From NCBI GenBank assembly GCA_043228905.1, contig JBHGNT010000018.1, positions 17,298,001 to 17,362,000 of the forward strand: a stretch of 64,000 bases of DNA, written 5' to 3'. The translations under genes were made by a program, and so were the position numbers. This DNA is from Azolla caroliniana (Eukaryota > Plantae > Polypodiophyta). This document shows, in pieces, positions 12,311 to 24,800 of this stretch (position 1 is the first letter of the stretch; every line of letters starts with the position of its first letter). Below the pieces are notes generated by a model, which had not been told where the DNA came from, ran no database searches, and saw only the letters and a list, made by a program, of their open reading frames with translations.

Positions 12311-15300
12311 ATGAGCGATTCGCAATGGCGGCGGCAACAACCGCCACCATGCCCGCCCGACAATTTACCACTAGTCTCCACTTGCACCACTAGGCTCTCC
12401 GCCGCCTTGGGGCGGAGCGCCACTCCACCGGCTCCTCCGCCGCCGCCGCGATCGCAGTCCGCGCTCCACTCCCGCCCCACAATCACGATGAGCCACAATC
12501 ATTTCCAGCCGCACCATCACTATGCTGCTGCTGCTACTGCCATGAATCCTCCTCCACCTCTGGCTTCCGCGTCGTCTCCTGAGAGTGTCAACGACGCCTC
12601 CGTCTCCGCCGCCGCCGCAGCCGCCGCCTCAGACGACGGCGGCGGCGGCGATGGAGACGGCGGCGTGGATTATCGGGCCATCCAGAGGATCGCCGCCGGA
12701 GTGGAGCGCATGGTGCGCTCCTGGAACAGCGAGCGGGCCAACGTGTACGCCAAGGCCTACGACTCCCTGCACGGCGCCGCCGCCGCTGTCGATGCGGCGG
12801 CGGCGGCGGCACGTGCCTCCTCCGCCGCCGCCGCCGCCGCCGCCGGGAAATCAGAAGATCCTCCCCTTCCGATCGACGACAACGACGATCATGATCCACT
12901 CCATCACCATCGCAGCAACCACATTTCTCCTCCTCCTCCTCCTCCTCATCATCATCATCATCATCATCCCCGCCCTCTGCGGAAACTGCAGCAAACCCCC
13001 GCTGAACCCGATCCTCACCATCACCACCATCTTCATCGCCTCCGCTCTGTGGACGCTCACTACTCCTGTAACCCTAACCCCATCTTCTCTTCCTCTTTCC
13101 CTAACCCTAATCCCTCTACCATCCCCTGCACTAGATACCCTAGCCCTAATCCTTCTTCCCACATCAACTCCCCTACGCCCTACCACATCGGCTACTCTAA
13201 TCCTCATTCACCCACCACTGCTCATAACCCTAATTCCAATTCTTCTATGGCTACTATCCCCTCCACTTACCCTAGCCCTACTTTTTCCTGCACCCATACA
13301 CCTTATAACCTTAACCCTAACCCTAATTCTTCGTGTACTAACCCTAACAATTCCATGCGCGCCTCTTGCCCTTATATTAACCCTGATACTAACACCTACA
13401 TTAATTGCCCTAACGCATATGAGCATGATCCGAGTAGTTCCTACACCAGTTATAGCCATGGTGGCCCTCACTATCATAATCATCATCAGTTCATGACCCG
13501 TGATCAGCAGCAGGACGATGGATATGAAGGAATTAGACTGAATGGTCATACTCTTCGTCATCCTAATCATAATCATAATCATCAGGGCCACCATCGCCAG
13601 AATCATCATGCAGAGCAGTACAATACGCTGCACGATGATGATCGGCACCAGCAGCAGCAGCAGCATCATCATCATCACCATCATAATGCAGAACCACATC
13701 TGAATCATAATAGCAATGATGATGGTCCGCAGCAGCATGGCAACAAAAGTAATGCTGGCCCAGCTAATCTGCATAATTCCCCCATTACAACAGCCCAAAA
13801 GAATAGTATGACCATCAGGAACCATGTGCATCCTGCTAAGAAGAGCACTCAGTGTATCAAACATGCAGGTGCAGGTAAGGGCCATGTAACTACTTCCAAT
13901 TTATAACAAATTATGTGTTTACACTAGACCAAAATCTAGGTCTTGTTTTTTGCTTTTGGCTTTTGACTTTTGGCTTTTGGCTTTTGCTTTTTGCTTCTTC
14001 TTCCAAAAGACTTTTTGCTTTTTTGAACCTTTATGCCAAAATCTTGTGTCTTTTCATAGGGCCTAGTTCGTCTTTAATCATCAATGGCAGCTTTCATGAT
14101 AAGGACACCCATTCAGACCATGCCCAACATATGGCCACCCTTCCTAAAGAAGAACAAGATGGCAAGCTTAAGGTACCACCCGTGTCTTTTTAACTCATCA
14201 TTTGAACTAATACACACATACACTTTGTGGAAGTGAGAAGTTCTTGTGCATAATACACACATATGTTTTAGCTATAGTTTATATGAACCACCTCCGGACA
14301 TCCTAGTATTATATTTTTCATTCAACGCAAACATGCGCGCTAGGTTAATTCCAAGAGTGATGAGACCAAGTCCACAGTCGATTCAAAGGTTAAGGAGCTT
14401 GAGATATCGTTATTAGAGTGCGCAACCGAGTACGAGGTCCAAGTAAGCCTTCTCATCCTTGTCATCGTTAGTATTTGTTCGTTTTAATCAAGTCATGAAC
14501 TCGGCATACAAGACACATTATAACACTCTCATCTCATAATAGCCCTCTTTAGTGAACTTCTTCTTCTCATCCATACTAAGAGTTTTAAAAAAACTAATAG
14601 CATACATATTGCTTTTATATTACTGTTTGTAGCCTTGGAATGTTTGGTTTGAAAAGCTTTTGGACAATAACTAGATTTGGGTGAGAAACAAAAGTCTTGG
14701 TTATATGGGTAACCTTGAGATTGAAAAGATCTAAGTGCCGCATTAAGTTGTAGCATTTGAAAACATGTATGTATTGCTAGTGTACGTTGACATGGGTAAT
14801 TGAATATTATGGCATTTTCTAGAACTAAAATTTTCATGTATACAATGGATTCTAAAGCATTAAATTGTAGCTCAAAAAACAAAATACAGTTTCTGGGATG
14901 ATACTATCGCTTTTATGTTTTGCAAATATTGAATCTACATTTGACTCTATCCATATCAGTACTAGAATGGTTCCTTCAATTAAGGTTCAATTATAGGGAA
15001 CCTTGACATGAATCGTGCAGAAAAAAACATTAACAAATGATATGACGAATTCCAACCATTTGACTACACTACCACAATATGAACAACTTCAAATCAAATC
15101 TCGACTAGTAAATAACTTCACTAAATTTTACTTTATCAGCTCGTTGAGATGAAAATGAAGATGTTGCAAATGAAATCCCAATTTAGACAAAAAGGAATGG
15201 AGGAAAATGGGGCATCATCTAAACCACTTTCAAATATTACAAACACTAACACACAAGTAAGCAATTCAAGAGTTACTTGGTACACCTCATATATATTTGT

Positions 15301-16798
15301 TTATATCTAGATCTAAGTACTAACATGTGGCAAGCTATATTATATGATAGTCATATATGATGGTGTTCATGCATCTTCCCTTACCCTTCATGATCCACTC
15401 GTACCATGTGCAGGACAATATGGACACAATACAAGACAATTCTAAAGGTAGTAATACACGCAATTCCAAGCTAATGGCTGATGGTGCTTCTAATCCCCAA
15501 AAAAGAAACAAAAAAGATATTTCGTGTCCTAAGCAACGAACAAGGTTAGGCACTTTTTATTTAATCCTTTGAGATATGAATGTGGTTCTTTATCATGATA
15601 GTTTACTTATCCTATTGTTGGGTAGTAAGTAAGTAGCTTGTAAACCATTGTGAGGTAGAGGACAACTTTTGTTCTAAAGCTTACCATTGTACAATGTTAA
15701 TAGTGCGGTATAATGGCAATGCTAGGTTTTTTACTCAATTTATCATGAACATATTCTGAAAAAAAGGCTTGAGCTTCTACCAAAAGTCTTTGCATCATGT
15801 ATTTCAATGAAAAGATATTCCATAAATACTTCATCATATTTTGACCCACATACAAACCTATACATACATCCTTACATTATTCTGAAAACAATACAAACCT
15901 CACTATACATAATACATATATTACAATTTACTACAAAAACAAAGTTATTGAACTGCCTTTGTTTTACTTGAGTTCATCATTCTCTAATAAGAAGTAATAA
16001 GCCATAACTACAAAAAAACTATACATATATGTTTAGGCTTTTAAGCAAGAAGGAACATGAACTCATGAACTCAAAGCCTAAAGAAAAGGAAATGGTTGGT
16101 CAAACTAATGAGCTACAAGCAACCCCTCAAAAAGAGAGGACACCACAAATGGAACCCCAAAAACTCTTGTCGTTGTTGTTAGCTCTAAATGAGTGGTTGC
16201 AATCAGTAAAGGTAAATTTAAATCATCATATTTCTTAACATCAATGGATATGTGTATCACACTACTTATAAAAGCATATTCCTTCACAAATAAATAGTTA
16301 CATAAAGTTTTGTTGCTTTATAGTTATCATAGCATAGATCTAATTTATTGTATAAACCATATTGTAAATCATCTTTGTCTCCTTGGAATGGTGTAATAGG
16401 AAGGTGTAGTCAATGACGATCCACAAGCTCGTCACAATGCTTATCAGGTACATATTATTTGTCAAATTTGTTTTTGTGCTCACACTAGCTTAAATGAATT
16501 TTGGTTTATCCTTGACAAATGTCATCACAAAGCTAATCAATAAATTGTATCATCAAAATGGTTCACATTTCTAACTATGTTCAAACATGCATGCATTGCC
16601 ACACTTTCCGATGTGCTCGTCCAGAATGTGCATGCATTGGCACACCTTCGAATGAATCTTCAAGAGCAACTACCACAAGAAAATCTTGCATCTATTGTGA
16701 ATAAAGAACTTCAGATGCTCCATGATATTCTTGAAAAACTTGACCCACAAATGCAAAGAGTTAAAAGTGCTACACCTCATGCCAATGCTTCGTTGTAA
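12311..16798 (+). CDS. 8-exon gene for an unknown low-complexity (Pro/Ala/His/Gln/Asn-Pro) protein with a helical C-terminus. Exons 12311-13874, 14060-14172, 14344-14442, 15140-15256, 15414-15544, 16037-16211, 16400-16447, 16625-16798
   Basis: All introns GT-AG with compatible phases, giving one open frame ending ...KSATPHANASL*. No recognisable domain. Confidence 0.75.
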
Positions 16799-19096
16799 AT
16801 TAAACCTTCTTTACCATGTATAAGATTATTCGTGTATTATTTGCAAGCTCAATGCAGCTAGCAGTTTTGTCATTCTGTGTAAATTATAAGAAATACAAAT
16901 GGACACACTATTGAGAAAGAGAGAGAGAGAGATAGCAGGACATCTAGAGGCTTATGTTTACGTGTTCTTCTCCTAAGAGATTTGTATATATGTTCAGAAT
17001 AAATTCACCTAAATTGCAGTATTATATCATACAATTCCCATGAATTATATTACCTAACAAGAAAAGAGAAATTAATATTATTGCATCTTCCTTCAAAACT
17101 GCTACAAAGACAGTTTTATTCTACTTGTGTCATGTTCAAATATCCGAGAACATCTTCCAATGGAGCACAAACAGTCATATGCATGAGTCCAAAAGCGCTA
17201 AAAATATGTGCTTTGGAATATTAAAGACACATATGAATCAAAGCGAGCTCATCATGGAAATTTTGTTAGGGGTGTTATTCGTAAATTTGGTCTACATCAA
17301 TCAACATGGATTCCAATATTGAATTTAAATTCTTTGACCTCAACAGTAATCATGTGGTTCCATGTCAAGTATTGAGCATTTGCTTCAGTTGGTGAGGTTC
17401 CTCTAAGATGAATGAGATAGAGTTGTTGCAGGCGGATCATACAATCCTCACTTGACTAGTTCCACCATTAGTGCACCAAAGGACACTGAAAGAGTGACAA
17501 TGGTAGAACTGCCACCCAAATTACTCGTACAATTAGTATACCAAACAACAATGAAAGTCAAGAATACAAGAAATTCTTTGCTCATAAATGTACGGCTCAA
17601 TGGTTGTTACTATCTAATCCGAGACCTTGGACATTTATCGGTTCAAAGTTCACCCAAAAAACACATCAAATTACTAATTAGAATAATGTTTAAATTCTCG
17701 ATCATTTACTAGAACACAATGAAGCACCATAGAAGGTTCATATGCACTAAGAATATGTACGTACTTCTTACAGCATAAAGGGGTGTTTAAATATCTTCAC
17801 CTTCTATACCTTTCACTTGACTAGATTTGAACTTGAGTTTTCTCAAATTAATCACTTTCCATGCTGTTCATGTAACGCACCAGGGAGAAAATGCATCACT
17901 GGAATGTAGTTGTGCATAAAGACTTTTGTGTAAGGCATCGAATTTCATATAAATAAACATAATATAAAGTTTTGTTTTCTTGGGATCCATTTTGAGGTTA
18001 ATTGTTCGAAAACAGTAGAACAACATCGCATCACAGAAATATCATAATACTTGAATCGGAGTATCACAAAGATACAATTTCCACCAAGTTTGAAGCTCAA
18101 TGCTAGAATTGAGAAAATGTTTCATGTACCAGCAATCTTTGACTTATGTATATGAATAGAATCAAACCGAAAACAGAAAAAACTAAGGAAAATCTTAATG
18201 TGTAACGTTCTATAAAATTCTAGATTCATTATTTAATATGTTAACACCATTAATTTTCATTTTATACATTATCAACATGATATTTTGGTCTCGTCTAGAA
18301 ATGTGTACCATGTGATTATGATGCCATAAAGAGTACCTGGGCATGTTCAGAGTATAAGACTCTGATGTTTATCATCTACAACATTTCTAAAGGCTAGATT
18401 GGGAAATTTTATGGGCCCAATTTCCTTTCATGCAAAAGATAATTGGAAATTTTGAGAGAATATGACAGATTTATAGGAATTTAGTGGCAAATGTAAGTTC
18501 CTCTTTATAAATATATATCGACCAGCAAGTTCAAAAATGTGCTTCATGTTTTAGAAAATGATGGCACATTTTCACTGAATGAATGAGTTTCTACATCAAC
18601 AGCATAGAATACGCCAAGTTTCAAGAAAGTTTTTGCACCAATTATCATTGTGAAAACACTAGGGAAAAAGTTCAGGGTTAATGGAATGGAGTGCCGATTC
18701 TGAGGCAATAAATAAACACACATATATGTGTATGGAATTATACATGTAAATATGTTTATAACATGCATGTATCTACGTTTTTATGCATGCATACATATGG
18801 CATCCACTGGCCAGACTAATACACCATCCACCATCGACTTTCAAGTAAATCTGACATATTGTGTAAGCAGATTGCAAAGAATGACTTTAAAACAATGCAT
18901 AGGGCAACATACCAGGTCAATTTCTGCAACCTCAAATGGAGAAAGGCCACTAATCAGGATACTCATTCGTTTCATCGATCTTTCTTCGTTGAGGATTTTG
19001 GGAAGAATTCATTCGTTTCTGCTAGATCTTTCACAGACACAGACGACCAATTCCTCCGGAAAATAGATCCCAGGAAAAAATCAAGGAAAAATAGAA

Positions 19097-19348
19097 ATGG
19101 GGGAATGGGGAAGCAAATATATTGAGCATATTCACAGATCACAGGAAGCATTAAGCTATGGCGATGTGGCATTCTTGAGGAAGGCAATGCTGCCGAGGAT
19201 CCAGGCGATGAAGCCAAAGACACAGAGCGCAAGCGTGAGGGACATGGAAGCGAAACAGAGATCCAAGATGAGCTGTAGAAAGCTTCGAGCCATGGGGCTC
19301 CTTGATCCTTCTCTGTTTCCGGGTGAAGAAGAAGCTGTGTGGAGTTAA
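19097..19348 (+). other. Short 83-aa ORF, preceded by a frameshifted upstream frame; possible TE-derived or decayed gene fragment
   Basis: ATG-initiated ORF with protein-like composition next to repeat arrays; no homology recognised. Confidence 0.3.
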
Positions 19349-19419
19349 GACAAGACACATTTTTTGCGCACACATTTTTGCGTCAAACTTGTTGTGTGCT
19401 TCTTGGAAAGCAAATTGTG

Positions 19420-19530
19420 CCTCCACGTGGCAGCCACTGATTGGCCGTGGACGACCAACTTCCTCCACGTGGCGGCCACTGATTGGCCATAAACATCGCT
19501 TCCTCCACGTGGCAGCCACTGATTGGTCCC
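19420..19530 (-). promoter_or_regulatory. Three tandem ~41-bp units, each a G-box (CCACGTGG) + CCAAT with ERSE-I spacing CCAAT-N9-CCACG
   Basis: Plus strand CGTGG-N9-ATTGG at 19426-19444, 19468-19486 and 19508-19526. Confidence 0.6.
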
Positions 19531-19559
19531 CGAAGGAGTCGTGGCAGTCACACGGGTTC

Positions 19560-19995
19560 GAGCTCCTTGACACTTTGAATCATACGCAGGTGCACATTCT
19601 CTACATTCAACAAGTTTGGGTCTAGTGTAGTGAGCCTTTAGGCCATATGGTGGGCTTCAATTCCTTGCCATATCACACTTACACCTTGATGCTTTGTACC
19701 ATACATTGGTGCACATTGTTTACATGCAACAAGTTGGGGGTTGGTTTACGGACCCTTTGGGCAACACCTTGGGCTTTGATTCCTTGCCATATCAAAAGTT
19801 ACGCCTTGACACTTTGCACCATGCGTTAGCATGCAATGATGTTTACATGTAACACGATTGGGGTCTCATTTACGGAGCCTTTGGGCAATACCTTAGAATT
19901 TGATTCCCTTCCATATATAGGGTTAGGGCTCAATGGGCTTTTTGTAAACTTTTTGTATACACTTTTTATACCAACAACTTTGTAAAAAGTTACCT
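19560..19995. repeat. Diverged ~120-bp tandem repeat (3 copies); a further copy of the distal part at ~21231-21470
   Basis: Recurrent CCTTGACACTTTG...GTTTACATG.AACA...GGGTCT...GAGCCTTTGGGCAA...GATTCC.TGCCATATCA. Confidence 0.75.
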
Positions 19996-21579
19996 ATAGA
20001 AAGAAGAAGAAAAAATCATGCTCAAAGAGATGGCACCTTCTGAAAGGAGGAAAAATGTTGATCTTGTATAAAGGGTTTTAGTGTAGGCTTGCATTTTAAG
20101 TGTACTATGCCATTTCGTGCGATAGGAAAAAGCTTTGTATAATAATGGGCGTACACACGTTTTGTGCACACTTTATACCAAAAGTTGACTATGTTGTTAC
20201 GTATACATTGGCCTCAATTCAAAATAAATGGAAGGAAACCTTGGGAAAGTGGCATGGTTGTCAAAAAACACAATATATTCATCTTGTGTAAAGAGGCATT
20301 TACCATAAAAAGATGATTAAAGAGGCAACACCATTTTAAGTTATCAAACCAAAGCATATTGGCAAGGAAGTCCAAAAAAGAAAAATAGGGAACATCACAT
20401 CATGAAGTTATGACTCAAGGAAAAGATTAATGTGTTGATCTTACATTTTGACTTTTCGCATTGAGTGAATCGACAAAGATGAGCCTCGACAACAAAGTCA
20501 TTCACAAACATGAAAATAAAATAAAGAATCAACCATGTCATTTGAATCATCAAATCATGGGGTTTCAACATAAAAAGAAGATTAAAGAATCGAGATCCCA
20601 TGACTTTATATATGTCACAGAATACAGTTTTAACACGATAACAAGATTAATGAGATGAATTTATTGGTAAAGACAAAATCTTAGTGACAAAGGTCACGAG
20701 ATGATAGAAGAGTGCATTATACAACCTAAACATCCCATTTTAACATGTCACAACTTGGAGTCTTGAGTCTTGACATAAGAACAAGGTTCAAGAGCCAACA
20801 TCACATTCTTATGTAAGATGAAGATTAATGGTTGAGGATGAGTATGGAGAATTGAGAAGTCATATCACTTAGAATATGAAGTTTAAATGTCTTCTTGTCC
20901 AAACAACATTGTATTGAAAACTTTGCTACTAAAACAATGCTATATAGAAATCGGAACTAAAAGAAAATGACAAAAGACATGTAACGAAAAACTATCGAAA
21001 TATCATTGAGTTTTTCCTTCTTTCTCAAGATTGCATTTTAATTAGAGTTCTGTTACTTCGCGAGTTGCACTCTTCATTAACGATTATGTCGAGCAACATG
21101 CATGCACGACAAGCAAAAACAAAGTGCTCTGCCAAACCTCACACACAAAAAGACCAATCACATGGGCGAAGAGAAAGCAACTATTGTGGATGCGAATGAG
21201 AATAATTGTGCAACCCCACAGTTTTGGTGACACCTTGAGCTTCGATTCCCTGCCATATCAAGGTTACACCTCGACACTTTGTGCCATACGTTAATAGATG
21301 ATGTTTACATGTAACAAGTCCGGGGTCTCATTTTATGGAGCCTTTGTCGGCAATATGTACCTTGGAAATGGATTCCGTTCTTGGAAATGGATTCCGTTCC
21401 ATATTGTACAAGGGTCAGGGCTCAACGAGCTTGTAAACTTTCTGTACCAACAGCTTTGTAAAATGTTAAAACTACAAGAAGGTATCGGGAATGAATGCAA
21501 AGGTAGGAGGGGTATGTCCGGGAAATAATGAAATTGCAAGGGTATGCCCGGGAAATATAGAGAAACGAAGATAGACGAG

Positions 21580-21668
21580 TATACATAGATACATACATAC
21601 GTACATGCATACATACATACATACGTACATATGTACATACATACCATACATACATATCATACATTCAT
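21580..21668. repeat. (CATA)n microsatellite
   Basis: Direct reading. Confidence 0.9.
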
Positions 21669-21871
21669 TCAGTACATGCAGTTTCTGCTACGAATGGACG
21701 CGGGCGAGAGCAGAGAGCTCTGAACTTCATCTGCTCTGAACACCCAAGCGCTGCCATGGCGCCTGCCCCTGCTACATCTCTGTAACACAAGCAGAACCCA
21801 CCATTACCACAAATCCCTTCGAGTTCTGCCTTTTCTTGGAGAAGAAGAAGGAAGCAGGGGCGCCCACCACC

Positions 21872-24800
21872 ATGCTCGTCTTCCTCGAAGCTTCCCCTCC
21901 TTTCGCCAAGGAATTCGCTTCCCTGCGAACCTCCAGAGTCCGAGGAACTCTTCCCGACCCCTCATCTTCAACGTCCCCCCGGAGACCTAATTCCAAAGAT
22001 GCACGCGAGAACCATGCAAAGGCCACTGGTTCAGGGAAGGCCATCAAAATGACTTGCTTGACATCTGTCGATGAGAAGGTCAATCAAGGCGATGGGAGCA
22101 ATCTTTCTATTGTATGTGCCCTAAACCCTTATAGTTTTGTTGTCATATCCTTCATTGTAAGAGAAGCGCACAAGCACGTTATCTATGCTTAGACTGAGAG
22201 ATGGTCTTCATCATCTGTGGGTTCATGAAAATGGAAAACAGAGATAGAGAGAGTTCTTTAGTATTTATCATTTTCTTCTAGTGCGACGAGTCCTTGCTCA
22301 TTTCAACTTTTAGAAGCTAACTTTTTGGACAAAAGTTACAACTCCCTCCGTACGACACTGTTTTGAGCAATGCCGATCTTTGGGAAAAATATGGGGACAC
22401 ACAGTGATGATTGATAATAGTCATACTTGTATCTAAACTATTAGATTCTTAACACTTTACATAAAAAACTCAGAACTTGTAAATAATTGCAGAGTGTTGT
22501 TATATATATGATATATTTTTATATATACTGTAGGTATGTTGTCACAGGATTTCTTCTAGTTAAGCTCAGATCTCTTCATAGCTGAATCTATCCAAGAATC
22601 ATGGGAGAAATGATAGAAACTTAGTGATACAGTTGCCATTTCTCTATATGAATGTCAATAAATGAATTTTCAACTTCTCTTGGCACCCACGGTGTGTGTA
22701 GAGATTCATTGCATCAAGTCCATGCTATGAATGAAGTGGTTGAAAAACCATTATTCTCACTAAGATTTGTTCCGATATGTTTGTGTAGTTTTACACTCTT
22801 GTTATTTGCTTTATCATCTATTCTCGTCATACTTGTTCCTTTTCTTTTCTCTCTCTCTCTCTCTTTCTCATTAAGTCTCTAATTTGTAAGCGCAGACAAC
22901 TATTCTGGTCATATAACTGTAAATATCCTTAATGAAGCAACTTCTGGATGAAGAAGGAAGTCTTAGAGTTTGTGTAGGGGATGAAATAAGTGTGAGCCAA
23001 GGATGCTTATCAATGCTAATTATTAGTTTATTGGATCTAGAGTTCACCTTTATATAGGATGTTGTTATCCCTGTATCGTTCGTTGTGGGTATTTGTAAAT
23101 GAGTTTAACTTATGGTTGTGGATTGAAATTTGGATATACTAGAGGCGTATGTAACTAAACGGGAGTAATTTTGGTGAATTTTCATATTGTTGATCACCCT
23201 GATTGTCAAGTTTAGCATCTTTTATTCACCTAACTGAGCATTACTGAAGATTTATATGGATGAGAATCACAAGACATGCTGCAATAGCCATATACACTTG
23301 CAAGCATGTGGGCTATGTAAAGGGATAGGGCACAGACTTACTCTTAAGTTTAGGTGAGTTAATTGGAACACAGTCATGCTAAATCTATGTAAAGGGATTA
23401 CTCACATGCTTACTTACTCTAATTTTAGGTGAGTAAATGGAATATAGTCATGCTAAATCTATATAAAGGGATTGGTCACAGGTGTACTCTAAGTTTAGGT
23501 GAGTAAATGGAACATAGTCATGCCAAATCTATGTAATGGGATTAGTCACAGCTTACTCTAAGTTTAGGTGAGTAAATGGAACATATTCATGCTAACCTCA
23601 TTGTTATCGATCATGTCAAATGAAAAGTGTCATATTTCATAGATTGTTGTTCAAAATGTAGATTTAATTCAACTTTCCTAGTGAAATTTAATGCAAAGAT
23701 TGTTATTTTTTTATCGTTTTACATCAGAAATTTCTCAATGTGCTCCATGACATTGACTCCATGCAAATAAATCTAAAAGAAGAACATTATCTACTCTCTG
23801 CTAATAACAAGTCCTTCACATATTGTTTTTGCATGTGGCCAAGTAGATAACCTTACAGTCAGGTCAAAGAATGACTAGAAGTGCCTCCTTTTCAAGCCCA
23901 AGGTATCTGTATTCATTTACAATGTTGATGTTTGTAGAAATATATGGATGGGCCCATGTTTATGTTTGTTAAATCATAACCTTGGTGACTGGGACAAATG
24001 TGATTCATGACAAATTATGAACCATGAACAACGGATTGAGTGCCACACATCACTAATATCCAAATGACCGATAACATCTAATATGTCGTGTATTGTTTTG
24101 CGCATCTTATATTATGTCTCATTGTCAGGTTACTGCCTTTGTCTTTTATATCTATTATATTGCCAAATAAGCATAGGTGAAGTCCTTGACATTGAGAAGT
24201 TGTCCAATATTTTTGATTCCATTCAGAATATTAGGTGTTTTACCATGTAGGTGTGCACACTGAATTGTGCATCAAAGGGAGAAATACTTGCCATCTGGAT
24301 TTTGGGTCTATTTTATATCATATTAAGAATACTCAGTGGCTCTCTAAGTAAGAAGGCACGAATGTGGCCACTGAGGATGTCAAATTTGTATCTCTGATTT
24401 CTGAGTTCTGGCACTCGCGTGTAGTTTGCACAATAGCTCATCAAATATCAAGGCTATGATTCGGAGCCATGATCGCAAGTGGGCCAACGAAGGAGGCATT
24501 GTGACACATCAGGAAGAGGTCTGCAATTTTAATGAACTCTTACATCAAATTACTATAAAATTATAGCTTTTATTTAGGTATTATGCTTCATTGGCCATTT
24601 CAGTATTGCATTCATAAATTTCCTTGATAAATAACAGGTCATATTATTATAATTACAGATTTTTGTTATTTTCCCCATATGTTGGCGATGCGCTTTCTTG
24701 ATAAAATCCATAATTGATGATGATCTCACTCTTTATTATCTAATTATATTTGCTGCATGTGTGTTGCAATGTGTTTCACAATAATTGTTTTCTGTGGGTG

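Noticed and set aside
12585-13885. Long alternative-frame and antisense ORFs (303, 225, 118, 103 aa)
   Set aside because: Shadows of trinucleotide repeats in the real exon
19420-19530. CRISPR-like repeat-spacer look (27-bp repeat with variable spacers)
   Set aside because: Eukaryotic context, only 3 units, 13-15-nt spacers, no cas genes; better explained as a motif array
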